A stretch of 63,421 nt of DNA, counting the filler, from Folioceros fuciformis (taxonomy: Eukaryota), in assembly GCA_049999805.1 (NCBI GenBank). It is 10 parts of 10 records of this genome, joined end to end, with 100 filler letters (N's around TTAATTAATTAA, not from the genome) between each part and the next. Parts side by side here need not be neighbours in the genome. Positions count along the whole stretch, not along the records: positions 7,479 to 13,579 come from JBNGIO010004824.1; positions 13,680 to 39,730 come from JBNGIO010004825.1; 8 more parts are not named here. One strand, written 5' to 3'. A program made the translations under genes and the position numbers. Shown in pieces: positions 11,323-23,500 of the stretch (positions are counted from its first letter, which is position 1; the number at the start of each line of letters is the position of its first letter). The notes beneath the pieces are model-generated. The model had not been told where the DNA came from. It saw only the letters and a list, made by a program, of their open reading frames with translations, and ran no database searches.

Positions 11323-12725
11323 TGTGGAGTCCACAGTGTGGACAAAGGTCGGGGGCGCAGCCCACCAGGTGAATGCGTGTAGACAAAGCTGAGGGACCTG
11401 CGAACTGCCCCATCCAGGCGGAAAGCCTAGTACAGGCGTGTTGCTAGCGGGTGGGAAGCCCAGTGATAGTTATGTTGGCAAAGATGGTGGATTGTCACTT
11501 CGAGTGCCAAGCTTACAAGGTGCCCACTCAGGGGCACTAGATGAGTAGCTCTGCTGGGTCATGGGCCTTGGCCAGCAGAATGGAGGGAAGGATCTGAAGA
11601 TAGTGGGGTCTTTGAAGGATTGTAGATGATCTAAGGGAAAGGAGAGGATCAGAGAGGGGAAGAGAGTGTCGAGAGGCACTCATGATTTTTGGTAGTTTTG
11701 AGAGGTTGATTATCTTTTATAAGAGCAACCAAGGGCACAAGTCGGGGTTAGGGTTAGATCAAAGTAAGGTCAGGTCAGAGTTAGGTTTAGGGTTTTGACG
11801 AGTGGAGGGTTCTGTCTGAGGCATGCTGACCTGGTCAGGCAGTGATAGGGGGTTCCTTTCCAAGGGAGTATAAGAGGCCAGGCTTGTCATTGAGGGAGGT
11901 TTTTTTTTGGTGAAGAGCTCCGTTGGCCCTATGTTGCAGGCTGCTAGGTTAGAGGGTTAATCCAGTGTGCAGATGCACCTCGGCCTTGATTCCCCATGCC
12001 ACTAGGGGAACGTGGCGGCTCCCAAAATTGCTGAGATCTGGGTGGCCAGATCCGCAAGGGCTAACCTCTCTTTCATGCTAGTTGGGTGGTTGGGGTACCT
12101 TGACGTCCCTAAGGGGTTTCCAAGGCGACGGACTGTAGGGCTGTGAGCCGAGGAGGCTATCCAGCGTGGGTCTACACATCCCTGCCTCAAGGACTACAAG
12201 TGAGGGGCTGTTGTGTTCCAAAGATCCAGGAGTGAGAAGTGAGGGTGAAGGGCTGAAGAGTTGAAGTGTTGGAGTAGAGACTTGAAGTGCTGGAGTAGAG
12301 ACTTGAGGTGCTAGAGTTTGGAGTGGTTGCGCTGAGGTGAGGAGCTTAGGTGCTGAAGTTCTCAATCAGCTATTGAGGTGGCTGGCACTTAGGGCTGAGA
12401 GTGGAGGTCGAGGCCAGGGCTAGGGCCTCCTCCTAGTTGCTGAGGCGGCTAAAACCCGGAGCTGGAAGTGGGAGGTGAAGATGATGCTGAGTCCTCATTC
12501 AACCAGGGTTGTGGTTGGTGTTGAAGATAAGGTTCTGGTCTTTTTGCAATAGGGTGGTTAGGTCTAGGAGCCGGCTGATAGATAGGATTAGATTTGGGAA
12601 TGTGGGCGAGATTGTGGGGGACCTTGACACTAGTTCACTTCCTTGGGAGCAAATCTTAGTACTACGACGATAATAAGGGGGAAGTGTGGCCCTTAGTGGT
12701 TCTTGGGTGCAAGTTCCACTTCACA
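11323..12725 (+). mobile_element. Complete LTR (family B, Athila/Tat-like)
   Basis: TGTGGAGT...ACTTCACA termini. Its 3' end is the reverse complement of the LTR starts at 52298 and 56254. No TSD seen. Confidence 0.7.
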
Positions 12726-13579
12726 CTAGTGTCAAGGAACACCTACAGCTATCTACTCACACGTCTACCTATCAGCCGGTCTATAGACCTGTCTACATGC
12801 ACACAACAAGGAGGCCAGAAGCCTAGCCTATCTCCAAATCAGCTCACACAACTCACACTCCAGATCTTCAGTCCTTCAGCTCTTCATGATTCCCACTTCA
12901 GTCCTCCCTTCTTCACTTCAGCTCACACAACTCACACTCCAGATCTCCAGTCCTTCAGCTCTTCATGATTCCCACTTCAGTCCTTCCTTCTTCAATTCAG
13001 CCCTTCAGCCTTCACTTCACCACACACTCCTGCACCTCAGCAACTCACTCTTCACTTCTATGCACTTCACTCCAACTCTTTCTCTCTTCGCTTCAGCTAT
13101 CCCCTGGAAGTTGGGACACAACGGCTTCACTCCTTGCAGCCTTCAAGCGTAGTGTGGATACTAAGACTGGATAGCCTTCCTGGCTCACGGTCCTATCACT
13201 TCACTTCAGCCAGCCTGCGAATCATTCAGCCCTTGTGGATCCGGCCACACGGATCTTGGCAGTCTTGGGATCCTCCACGTTCCCCTAGTGGCAAGGGAAA
13301 TCAGGACCTTGGCTCAGTCTCAACCGGCTTAGCGCCCTAAGCCAGGAGCTCTGCACACAAGGTCCAGGGAAATCGCACCGTAGACAGCCCCCTCTCAATG
13401 GCAGGTCTCCCCTCTTATCTGCCTACCCTCTATCTCTGTCTACTAGGGTTAACCTGAATCAATTACCCTACCTCCTCTCTCTGACCTAACCAAGTTCTGA
13501 CCTAAACCTGACCTAGGTATGACCTAACCTGGATCTGACCTAAACCTAACCCAAATCTAACCTAGACCTAACCTAAGTC
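12726..13579 (-). mobile_element. Related family-B LTR in opposite orientation, with a 79-bp tandem duplication
   Basis: 13228-13306 is a diverged reverse complement of ~11985-12062. Duplication at ~12840-12997. ACCTAA-type repeats near the gap. Confidence 0.65.
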
Positions 13580-13679
13580 NNNNNNNNNNNNNNNNNNNNN
13601 NNNNNNNNNNNNNNNNNNNNNNNTTAATTAATTAANNNNNNNNNNNNNNNNNNNNNNNNNNNNNNNNNNNNNNNNNNNN

Positions 13680-13886
13680 CTGTTGACGGGTCCCGGGTCT
13701 GCCTCTCTTAGGCAAACCTAGTCTCTTTTTGTAGCCTTGCTCTTGGCCATAGGTCAAGGACAAATTAAGGCTAGGATTGTTGCTCCCGGGCCGAAGGCCA
13801 AGGAGATCGCAGGCAGGCGGAAGCTTAGTGACCTAGCTTGGTAGACAGGCTAGGTAGGCATGCAGCTATGCGGCTGCTGCGCGACA
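13680..13886 (-). mobile_element. LTR (family C), proximal part, reverse orientation
   Basis: Reverse complement of 34352-34558. Ends GCGCGACA at 13886. Confidence 0.85.
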
Positions 13887-14546
13887 CTCGCTTGAGGCAA
13901 AAAGAAAGGTAGGAAATAAAGGCTATTTCTAATAAAAATTAATAAATATTTTTGCCAGATAAAAGCTACTTCTAACATAGAAGAATAGTCATGTGCATAA
14001 ACATAGGATATCCGTACAGAGAAACTGACACACAGCAATAATATCCTAGTCGGAGATTGGTCCAGATGCGCTTAGTAGTAATTCTAGTTCTTGACATAAA
14101 TAAGATAGTTGTCGTGTGACAATTGCACCGTAAACTCTATGATGAGCTGGCAGGCTGGTTCGAGATTTGGTGAATTGGTCATTCTGAGGTTCGGGGCTTA
14201 GCGCCACAATTCTTGCGCAACCCAGTCTAGATTTTTCGACTTGATGGAGCGGTCATTCAGGAACTGAATTAGTCGTGCATTATGGTACTGCAGGGGTAAT
14301 GCCTTCCTCTCCGCAATCAAGATGTGAGGAGGCTTCATGCACATGTACACTTTGTCATGTTGGATGAGTGCATGATGTCCAGCTGCGCGGTTACTGCGGC
14401 AACACGCAAGAGTGTTTTCGTCGGAAGTTGTTGGTGGCTGTGCAAGCAGAAGTAGATGTGAATGTTGTCTAAGTGAATTTGTGTGCTCAAAGGTGAAAAC
14501 CAGTCGTTCGCTTTCCTGATACCGCCCAGAAAAAAAAAAAGGCAAT

Positions 14547-17500
14547 ATGGAGAAAGAGGAGGACAAGCTCCTGACACGCCTTAGCGAGTTGGAGCTGTTT
14601 GAGAGCACTGCAGAAAACAATGTTCTTGTGGAAGAAGAGTACATGAAGCTCAAGGAAAAATGGTACTTGTCGTAGCTCCTCGATTGCTTTAATCTGGCAT
14701 CAGTTTGTGAGTGAAGGCGTTTCTGGATGGGTATTGTGTGACCTGTAGTACCATAACCGTTCTGGCACTGACAAGTTACTGTCTCCAGGTTCGCAAAGGC
14801 GTCTCCATTCTTACGTGATCTTCCAGAACACATTCATTGTTGGTGCAGGCATAAGAAACTGATGCAGCCTCTCTTAGAAGTCTATTCAAATTACAGAGAA
14901 GACTTGGACCCATCTTCTGCTCTCGTATATTTGTGGGCGAGAATTTCGAATGAGCTCAGGACATGCATGCTCTGTGTTCGATTGCATCATGAGGCTCAAA
15001 TGTATTTCAAGGAGGAATATGAAGAGGAGGTTGTACTCCCCATTCTGAACACGCTGAAGCTATTGGATGAAGGAAGGGTGGCCTCACACTTGAAAGATCT
15101 GACTGTTAGGCTCAAAACTGGTTCTATTGCTGAAAAAGATGACATAATAAAAGAGTTGACCTGTGTCATCTTTGAGGTTCGTCTTCGAGCACTTATTCAT
15201 AATTCTGAAAGCTGGTGCTGTTGCTTCATGTCGAAGTGCTGTCTGTGGCATGTGTCACCTTGTGTTATGCTCTTTGTTGCACCTCGTTTAGCGAGCGGCA
15301 TGTCCTGCAAAGCTAAAAGTTTCCTGACCTTCTCCTCTACAGGTCTTGATGTTTCCCTCTTTGCTGGATGATGCGGAAGTAAATGAGTCCTTCAAGCCCA
15401 TTTTTCAGCATATTTCACGAACGGGTCTGTCTTTGACTCCTGATCATCGCTATCCGGTAAGCCTTCTGATACTATCAGCTCTGTCTGGGTCTCTACAGGC
15501 GATGTAATGTCAAAGCTTAGAGCTTTTCGACATAGTGCAATCAAATATTTCCACTCTTGGCGCATTACATTCTGATCTGTCACGGTTGGTAGGGTCTATA
15601 TGCCCTTTTTTCGCATGCAGATCAAGGGGTCCGATCAATTGCCAACATTCTTGCAGCCCCTTTTGAAAAATTCAGGTTAACTCTTGGTTCAGTTTTTTCA
15701 TGTCTCAAGCTGTTGCTAATTTTCAGCTTCTCCTGCATTGCCCTCAAACGAGCTGTCTCCGTTGGCCATGGACTTGAAAGGTGATAAGGAACTTCATCTT
15801 GCTGCGTGATGATGGAGTATTTGACTCATTGACTGCTCATTTTGCTTTCAGGGATGCTGCTGATCTGGAGCCTATTCAACCAGTACTTCAAAAGTGGATG
15901 GATTGTCTAGAATCTTCTGTTCCAGACCAGCAAATGGAACCTCCTTCGCTGGATGCGTTGAAAGTCGTAGAAGGATCCTTAAGTGCACGTCGTAGGACTG
16001 TGGTGAAGCAAGACGCAATTTGGATAGGTCTACAAAAGCTGTAAGTCATCCCTGGTGATTGCAACCTCTCCTGCTTCAGTTTGCAGGTTGAACTGCTTGA
16101 ATATCACTGAACTGCTTTTAATTTGAAAGCCCGACTTGCATGCTTGTTTGTGATTGCAGCTTGGGCCTAATTGAACCCCCTGCGTTCAAGGAAGGAGTGG
16201 TCGAACGTTATCCAGGATTTGTCAGCATCGTTCTCAACCATGTCAGTGAAGCTACATCTGCAGTCCGGTATCCACTGGGCTGTTTATGTCTTCTTTTGAA
16301 AATTATAGGTATGTTTTCCTCTCCCTGTATCACAGGATTATGAACTGGAGTAGCTCACTATTAAGAAGCTTTCGAGTTTCTTCCGACCTCGGCCCCTGTA
16401 CTCTTTCAAGATGAACTTGTTGGTGCTTAATAGGAAGGAGAGTGCATATCATCTCCAAAGCGTCTCTCATCATGTCTCTGTGTGTGCAGGTTATAAATTA
16501 TGGTTGGGCTCCTCATTCCCAGTTGGTATCGTGCGGAACACTCTTCTTTCCCTGTGCTTTCATACCCGGGAAGAAAGTCTTCATACCAGCATTTTTGAGC
16601 TCTTTCAGCCCTTCTTGCAGGTGACACTTTTCTGGTAGATTCAGGGCCTGTCTGATTCATTGCTCGACGGTTCTCATAATTTGGTTGGATGATCTTCTGA
16701 CAAAACTGCCCCTTCATCAGTCACTCGAGGGTTTGCAGGATGGCGAATTTGAAAGACAACGCAGGAGGCTGCTTTATTTTTTATTACGGCAAGTCCCTGC
16801 TAGTAGAAACTTCAGCCAGCTTATCCGAAGGAAGGCATCACAGGTTGCAGTCTATCGGTTTTTTACGATGATCTCAGTCTTGTCTCCCCAGTTCTTGGTG
16901 TGGTTTTTGCAAAATGCAGTTCTGCTCACGTCCACATTTATCCTTTTTGGAAGACATGATATGTGTTGCATGTAACTGACCGACCCTTGCCAATTTATGG
17001 ATTCAGATCGCGTTTTCAGTAGTAGGACGTGGTTACATGCTGGAGCCACCTTCGCCTGCCCTAGATTGTGCTCATGTCTGGTAGGCCGCTTTAGCACCTT
17101 TGCTGTAAGTTTGATGAACTAGCAGTCATAGTCGACTTTTCTTCCTATCTACTGTCCCAGTGAAGCGTCAAAACCGTAGATGTTAGTTTTTGAGTTGCAC
17201 ACACACTTCTTGTCCATCCTGGGTCATGAGCAGGTGGGTCAGGTTTCCCTTGTCTGCATAGAGGTCCAATGCAGGTTCAGGGTACTAGTACTTAGCAAAG
17301 AGCTGGTGCTTCTTTTCTGCTACATAGATTCGCTTCTTGATTTGATGAGAAGGGCACCTTCTTCTGACCCTGTATGTCAATTCTTCAGGGGTCCATCCTT
17401 AGTGGCATCGCTGAAGAATGTCGCTCTGCACACCGCTCTACGACAACCAGCTATAGAGCTTATGCAAGCCATCATGGTGGCGGATGCAGCAGCCTTAGGG

Positions 17501-20500
17501 GAGTTGTCTGTAAAACATGATTCACTGAAGTCTGCTTGGGGCTATGTATTAGATGATTCTCGCTACGAAGATGACGAACTTGAACTTGCTCTTGATGCTT
17601 CAGAGTCCAATGATGGGAAGTGCTGGACATCTTTCCAAAAGATGAACTGCATGGTCAGAGAAAAAGCTGATAGCTGGTTTTGCCTTCCTCTTGTATGGAT
17701 GGAGGGCCTTCAATCCCTTGTGCCGGCAACTGTGCCTCCATCCTTTTCCAAAAGTGTTCTGTGGGCAGCATCTCGTATTTCTCTCAATCAGGATTCCACA
17801 GAGGTCCAAGGTGACCTGTTGGTGCTTCACAATGGGGTTGCCTTTTCTCAGGCTGTTGGAGCAGCCTTATACTGGTCTAGACCCACGGGATGTGATGATG
17901 GGGATGATGGGAAGCTCCCCCTGAATGCAGTAAGGGCCAGCGCACATCAGGAGGAACTCACACGAGCTCTGAAAAGGTACTGAAAACCTTGCTGCATGCT
18001 ATGTTGCTGAAAAATAGGTTTAAATCACTCTCTTTGCGGCATACACTTGTAGTGAGCGGTGGCAATTGAGGGGCAGCTGTTTACAAAAGTTAGTGTTTGT
18101 GAAGATGCGCAGGTATTTACTGTTCCAAATTACATGACGATATGTTTAAGCATTTGGCCTGGGAACCAAGAATAGCCGAGCCTATTATTCTTCTACTTCT
18201 GGACAGTGATTTGGTATGTGATATCATTCAGAATGTAGATGAAGGATCTCCAATTTATCAGCTGCTTACTATCTTTGGGGTTTTCTTATTGTCGGGACCA
18301 ATGTACAGACCTTGAGAAGTTTGGCGCGGGATATTCTGCGTCATTTGTCCAAAGAAAGTCACTTCAGGTCTGAGGAGTTGGGGATGCTGTGCAGCTCTGA
18401 CGTTGCAGTGGTTGCTTGCATCAGGGGTCTGTTACACGCAGCAAGAGTGGTATGCCGTGGAAACTATGGGCTGTTTTCTTATGAAAGTTTTCCAGCTTAA
18501 CACTGCTGAAGCTATGTGGGCAGGTCTTCGTAGCTGTAGGAAGGTATGCTGAAAGATCTCCTGATCTAGATATTTGATGTCTGGTGCAGTTGCTAGCGTG
18601 GCCCTTCCCAGAATGTTCTGCAGGTCTTCAAGTACTTTTCTTCCAGGTTGAAAAGCTGCTCAATTTGGACAAGAAGGTATCTCCTGTGGCATCAGAATGT
18701 GGGACACCAGTGAGTTCACAAGGCATCAAAATTTCCAGCGAGGCTGTTAATAGCAGGGCTCCACAAGGTGTTTCGGGTCCTACTTCAACACACAAAACGT
18801 TGAGGATGTTGAGTGAAAACGTGTCACAGATTGCGTGGCCTCTAGTTTACAAATGTGTAGTCACAGGCAAGGATCATGCCGTGGACACAGGTCAACAGGT
18901 AGAGAGACCTTTCATCCTGAACGTATAACTTTGATCAACCAGTGGCTGTACGAACGTGAAATTGATAATGGCGCACCCTCTTTTTCTGCAGGCAACTTTC
19001 ATTCGCGTGATGGATATCTTGCCTTTAGTCTGCAATTGCGCTCCAATTGGATTGAGGAGGCAGCTCTTTCTGCAAAATGACTCCACTGTGACTTCAAGGG
19101 GTGACCCTGACTGGTTTGGACAGTTTGCAAGCTGGCGTGATGTTTCAGCTCCATCAATCCACAGGCGCTGGAAGCATGCCCTGTGGACTTTCGTCAGTGG
19201 TTTCATGAATAGGGAATTACCTGTGTCAGATCAGATGCTTGAGACGGTTCAAGAGCTTCATGATGCTGGTCAGACATAGCTTGTGATTTTTCACTAGCTT
19301 TTCGTTCTTTGTTTGATGTGTTGCCTAACTGTAGTGTTTGGTCAGGCTCATGCTTTGACGACGACGACAAGCAGCGTTTGAGTGCCCTTCTTGCCACTGC
19401 TCCCGAGCTAAGTCGTGAGATACGTCTCTCAGCCCCAATTGCGGATGTTCAAGGACCAACATATCCTGACCTTCAAAGACAGAGCTGTAAGGAGCCATCA
19501 GACTTGGAAGATGATGGTGAATTATCAGACAAGAGGGGAAGCGGCCACAAGGACACTGAACGTTGCATACAGACGTATACTGCTGATTCAGATCTATCAG
19601 ATGATGATGTATTGTGTCTAGGTGGGACTGAAGCAGAAAATGGGGCTATACAACGTGGGATGTGTACCGCTACTCCTGACAATGATCACACTGCGCAGGG
19701 GATAGGGAGTGCTCCAGCACAGTCACTTAGTTTTAAGCGTCCATCTGTACGGAGGGCAGCCTCCAATGGACCCAGCCTCAAGAGGAATGGTACACTGGAC
19801 AGTTTTGTTCAGAGGCTCCCTGGCACTGCATGGACGTTTGCCAGTAACGAATCAGCAGGTGTACGCACCCCACTATTGTTAAACAGGCCTTCAGCCAGCT
19901 CCAAAACATCAAAACCAGGCATAAGTAAGGGCAGCAAGCTGTCTGCACTTCGTGCAGAACACCGGTCGGATAGAGAACAACGGGCGGCGATGGAGAGCAT
20001 TGTCCGCAGTCAAGTGAAGGAGAGAGTGCAAAATGATAGAGATGCAGAGCTCAAAAGCAATGTTTCTGGAGATCAGAAATCTCTTTCGACAGTGGAGAAT
20101 GTCGACCCATTTGACATAAAGCAGGTCAATCAAAAGTCAGACAGTGCAGTACTGGAGTACCTTGTTCGGGATGAAGATGTGGATCCGCTAGATACTGCGT
20201 TAGACAATGCCGGAAAGCAGCAAGCGAAAGTTGCTCTTGCATCTGTCGCCCTTCCGAGAAGGCGCACTGTTTGTATGGAAAGGGCGACTGAGTCATATAG
20301 GCCTGGTCATATCAAAGTTCCAGAGTCTCCTGTCAGACCTCCTCCACCGAAATTGGATGATTGGTACCGGCGCATTCTGTTACTTAACTACTTTTTCACT
20401 ATTGGGATAAGCACAGAGTGTGATGTGTCCGTTGATGATATGTCAGAAGCAATTGTAAAGCTACCCAACACTTTCAAGTCATCAGATCAGTATGTGGAGA

Positions 20501-23500
20501 CCTTTCGGCCTCTGCTGATGGAAGAGTTTAAAGCACAGCTGCAGCGAGCATATGAAGAGATGTCCATGACAGATGGAATGACTGCTGGCAGTCTTGTTTT
20601 GATGTCCCTAGAACGTGTCGATGATTTCCAGCGAGGCCAGTTCATAGCAGAGGCAGGCGCAGATGGTGCAGCAAGGGCGTGCTCGGAAAACGATTTGGTT
20701 TTACTGACTAAGAAGCCATTCACGGGTGACGAGCAGGGTGTTCATATACTTGCAAAGGTACGGAAGCATTTGTGGCATGGCTCTCAATGCTTTTGTCTTT
20801 GAAGGAGCTCAAGTGTTGGGGTTAAGGTTCTATCGCCTTAATAAGTATTAATATTGATTGCTTGGACAGGTTGACAAAAGGGAGAGAGATAAAGTGAACA
20901 AGGCTGCAATAACTTTGTTGTTGAGGCTCTACCTTAACCCAAAGAACTCTCGCCTTGCAAAGGCAAAAAGGCAATTGGTGGACCGCAGTAAGTGGTGTAT
21001 GACACGCTTGTTGAGCATTACACCACAGCTACGTGAGTTCCAAGCGCTTTCTGCAGTGGCCACTTCCCCGTTAATGCCAGTGATACTATGCCCATCACCT
21101 GATCTGTTGCGCTACGAGGGGTCAAGCCTGGGAGCCCAATCCGCTCACCTCCAGAATCTGCAAATTCTACCAGATCAGCTCCAGAGGAAATTAAGGTCAG
21201 AATATAATGAAAGTCAACTTGGTGCAGTTGCAGCGTCAGTTCGGAAGGCTTCAAGGACTGGCATGCATCACCTGGCTCTGGTACAGGGACCTCCAGGTAT
21301 GTTCATATTGTTTTGACCCCATATGATATATTTCTTACTGCAAATCGTGAAGGCTGCCTTAGTTCTAGGTGGGTTTTCAATAATTTAGCACCTCCCCATG
21401 TGAACATCTGGCAGCTGAAGGGCGCCAACTTATCTCCTTGGACATAAGCTCTTAACAGATTGCTCACTGAAAGCTGTTATGCTGGTAGGAACTGGCAAGA
21501 CCCGGACAATTGTGGCGATTGTCAGTGCATTGTTAGCACTGGGGAATAATGCTGAGCCTTCTGCCAACACGGAAGAGGCATCTCATTCACGAAACAAAGC
21601 TTCTCGACTTTCAAGTGAAGCAGCGTTGATCGCCAGGTCGTGGCAAGATGCCAGAGTGGCCAAGGATTTGATGCGGCAGGAGAAAAGTTCTGCTTCGCTG
21701 CGTAAGAAGCAGAGGGTCCTGGTCTGTGCACAATCCAATGCAGCAGTAGACGAGTTGGTGCTGAGATTCTGTAAACATGGACTCTATGGAGTAGATGGCC
21801 AAATCTTCAAGCCCGATCTAGTGCGGGTTGGTAATGCTAAAGGAGTCCATCCTGACTCGAACCATGTCTTCATTGACACTCTGGTTGATAAAAGACTCGG
21901 TGAAAGCAGTAAGGAAGACGAGGGTGAAACAGGGCAGGACCAGGCTGAAGTGCTGAAGTCCAGGTTTGAGAAGATTTGTGAGAGAATACAGGGGCTAGAG
22001 GCAGCAAAGTCAGAGTGCGAAGATACACCAGACAAGCTGGCAAATGCTGGTTCAGACTGTAGTGTGATGGAAGAGCAGTCAACAATGGAAGAGAAAGATG
22101 GGGGCCCTGATAATGATGCAAAGTGGCTACATGCTATCAAGAAACTAGGTAGGGAAGGAATTGATGGTATGTTGAAATCGCTGAAGAGGCAGAAACAGCA
22201 ATTGTATGTAGACCTGCGAGGGGCACAAAATAATAGGAATAGACTTTTTGAAGAGAATAAGTTGAAGAGAGAAGCTGTGCGGAGGGATATATTGAGGAAT
22301 GCAGAAATAGTGATAACGACGCTTAGTGGCTGCGGGGGAGATATCTACTCAACGTGCATGGAGTCATTCACTGGCATCAACAACTCAAAGCGACTTAATG
22401 ACTGCTTTTTCAATGCAGTTGTGATTGATGAAGCTGCGCAGGTTACTTTGTTCGACACATCAATTAGTTTCTCGTTTGTTCGTTTTCATGGCTGTGACTG
22501 AATGTGGGCGTTTCATACAGGCCCTGGAACCGGCAACTCTGATACCCTTGCAGCTTCTTGTACACCAGAAAGCAAGATGCATTATGGTAGGAGGTTTGAG
22601 GTGGTATGGATACATGTGCTTTGAGCTTGTGAAGTATTGCAACAGTCGATCTTGATTTAGTTCATACTTGTACCAGGTCGGGGACCCAAAGCAATTGCCT
22701 GCAACAGTTCTGTCGCAGACAGCCAGCAAGATGGCATTCGAGTGCAGTATGTTTGAGCGGCTGCAAAAGGCTGGCCACCCTGTCACCCTCCTTAGCATCC
22801 AAGTAAGTTTGCTGTAGGTTGTGACATATTTAATGATGAAAGGCCTCAACTAGGCGTGCGGGAGTGCAAGAGCGGTCGGTTTTTGTGTAATCAGTATGTG
22901 CTCCTACTGTTTCAGCTTACTCTGTTGTGCTTTAATTGCAGTACCGAATGCATCCAGAAATAAGGAAATTCCCTTCAGAACATTTTTACGAGAATCAGCT
23001 TATTGATGGGGAGACACTAACTGAAGAGAGCAGAACAGCAGCTTTCCACAAGGAGTGGTGCTTTAAACCCTACGTGTTTTTGGACGTGGTGGATGGACAG
23101 GCGAGAGCAAGGTCGGGGTCCGTGTCTCAGTCTCTTTCCAATGAAGCTGAGGCTGAGGCAGCAGTGGAGCTCGTTCGAGCATTAATTCAAAGGTAGCAAT
23201 TAATGGCGTATAAATTTCCGATGTAAGTAAGATTGTCTAGTGGGGGATGTTGCTAACGACCTGAATTCTGTAGGTATCCGTCGGAAAGTCTTTCAGGAAG
23301 GTTGGGAGTAATCACGCCCTACAAGCAGCAACTTGGTGTTCTACGTGACCGTTTTAAGAGGGCTTCGGGTCCCGTAGCGCTTCTGGATATTGAGTTTAAC
23401 ACAGTGGATGGATTCCAAGGTCGTGAGGTGGATATCGTGATCTTCTCAACAGTGCGTGCATCATCTGAAGCAAGTGGAAAGGGGGGAATCGGCTTTGTGG

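Noticed and set aside
13480-13579. Telomere-like ACCTAA repeats
   Set aside because: Not CCCTAAA arrays; part of the family-B LTR (mirrored at ~11745-11792).
14198-14833. 211-aa minus-strand ORF
   Set aside because: Antisense to helicase exons 1-2; no recognisable features.
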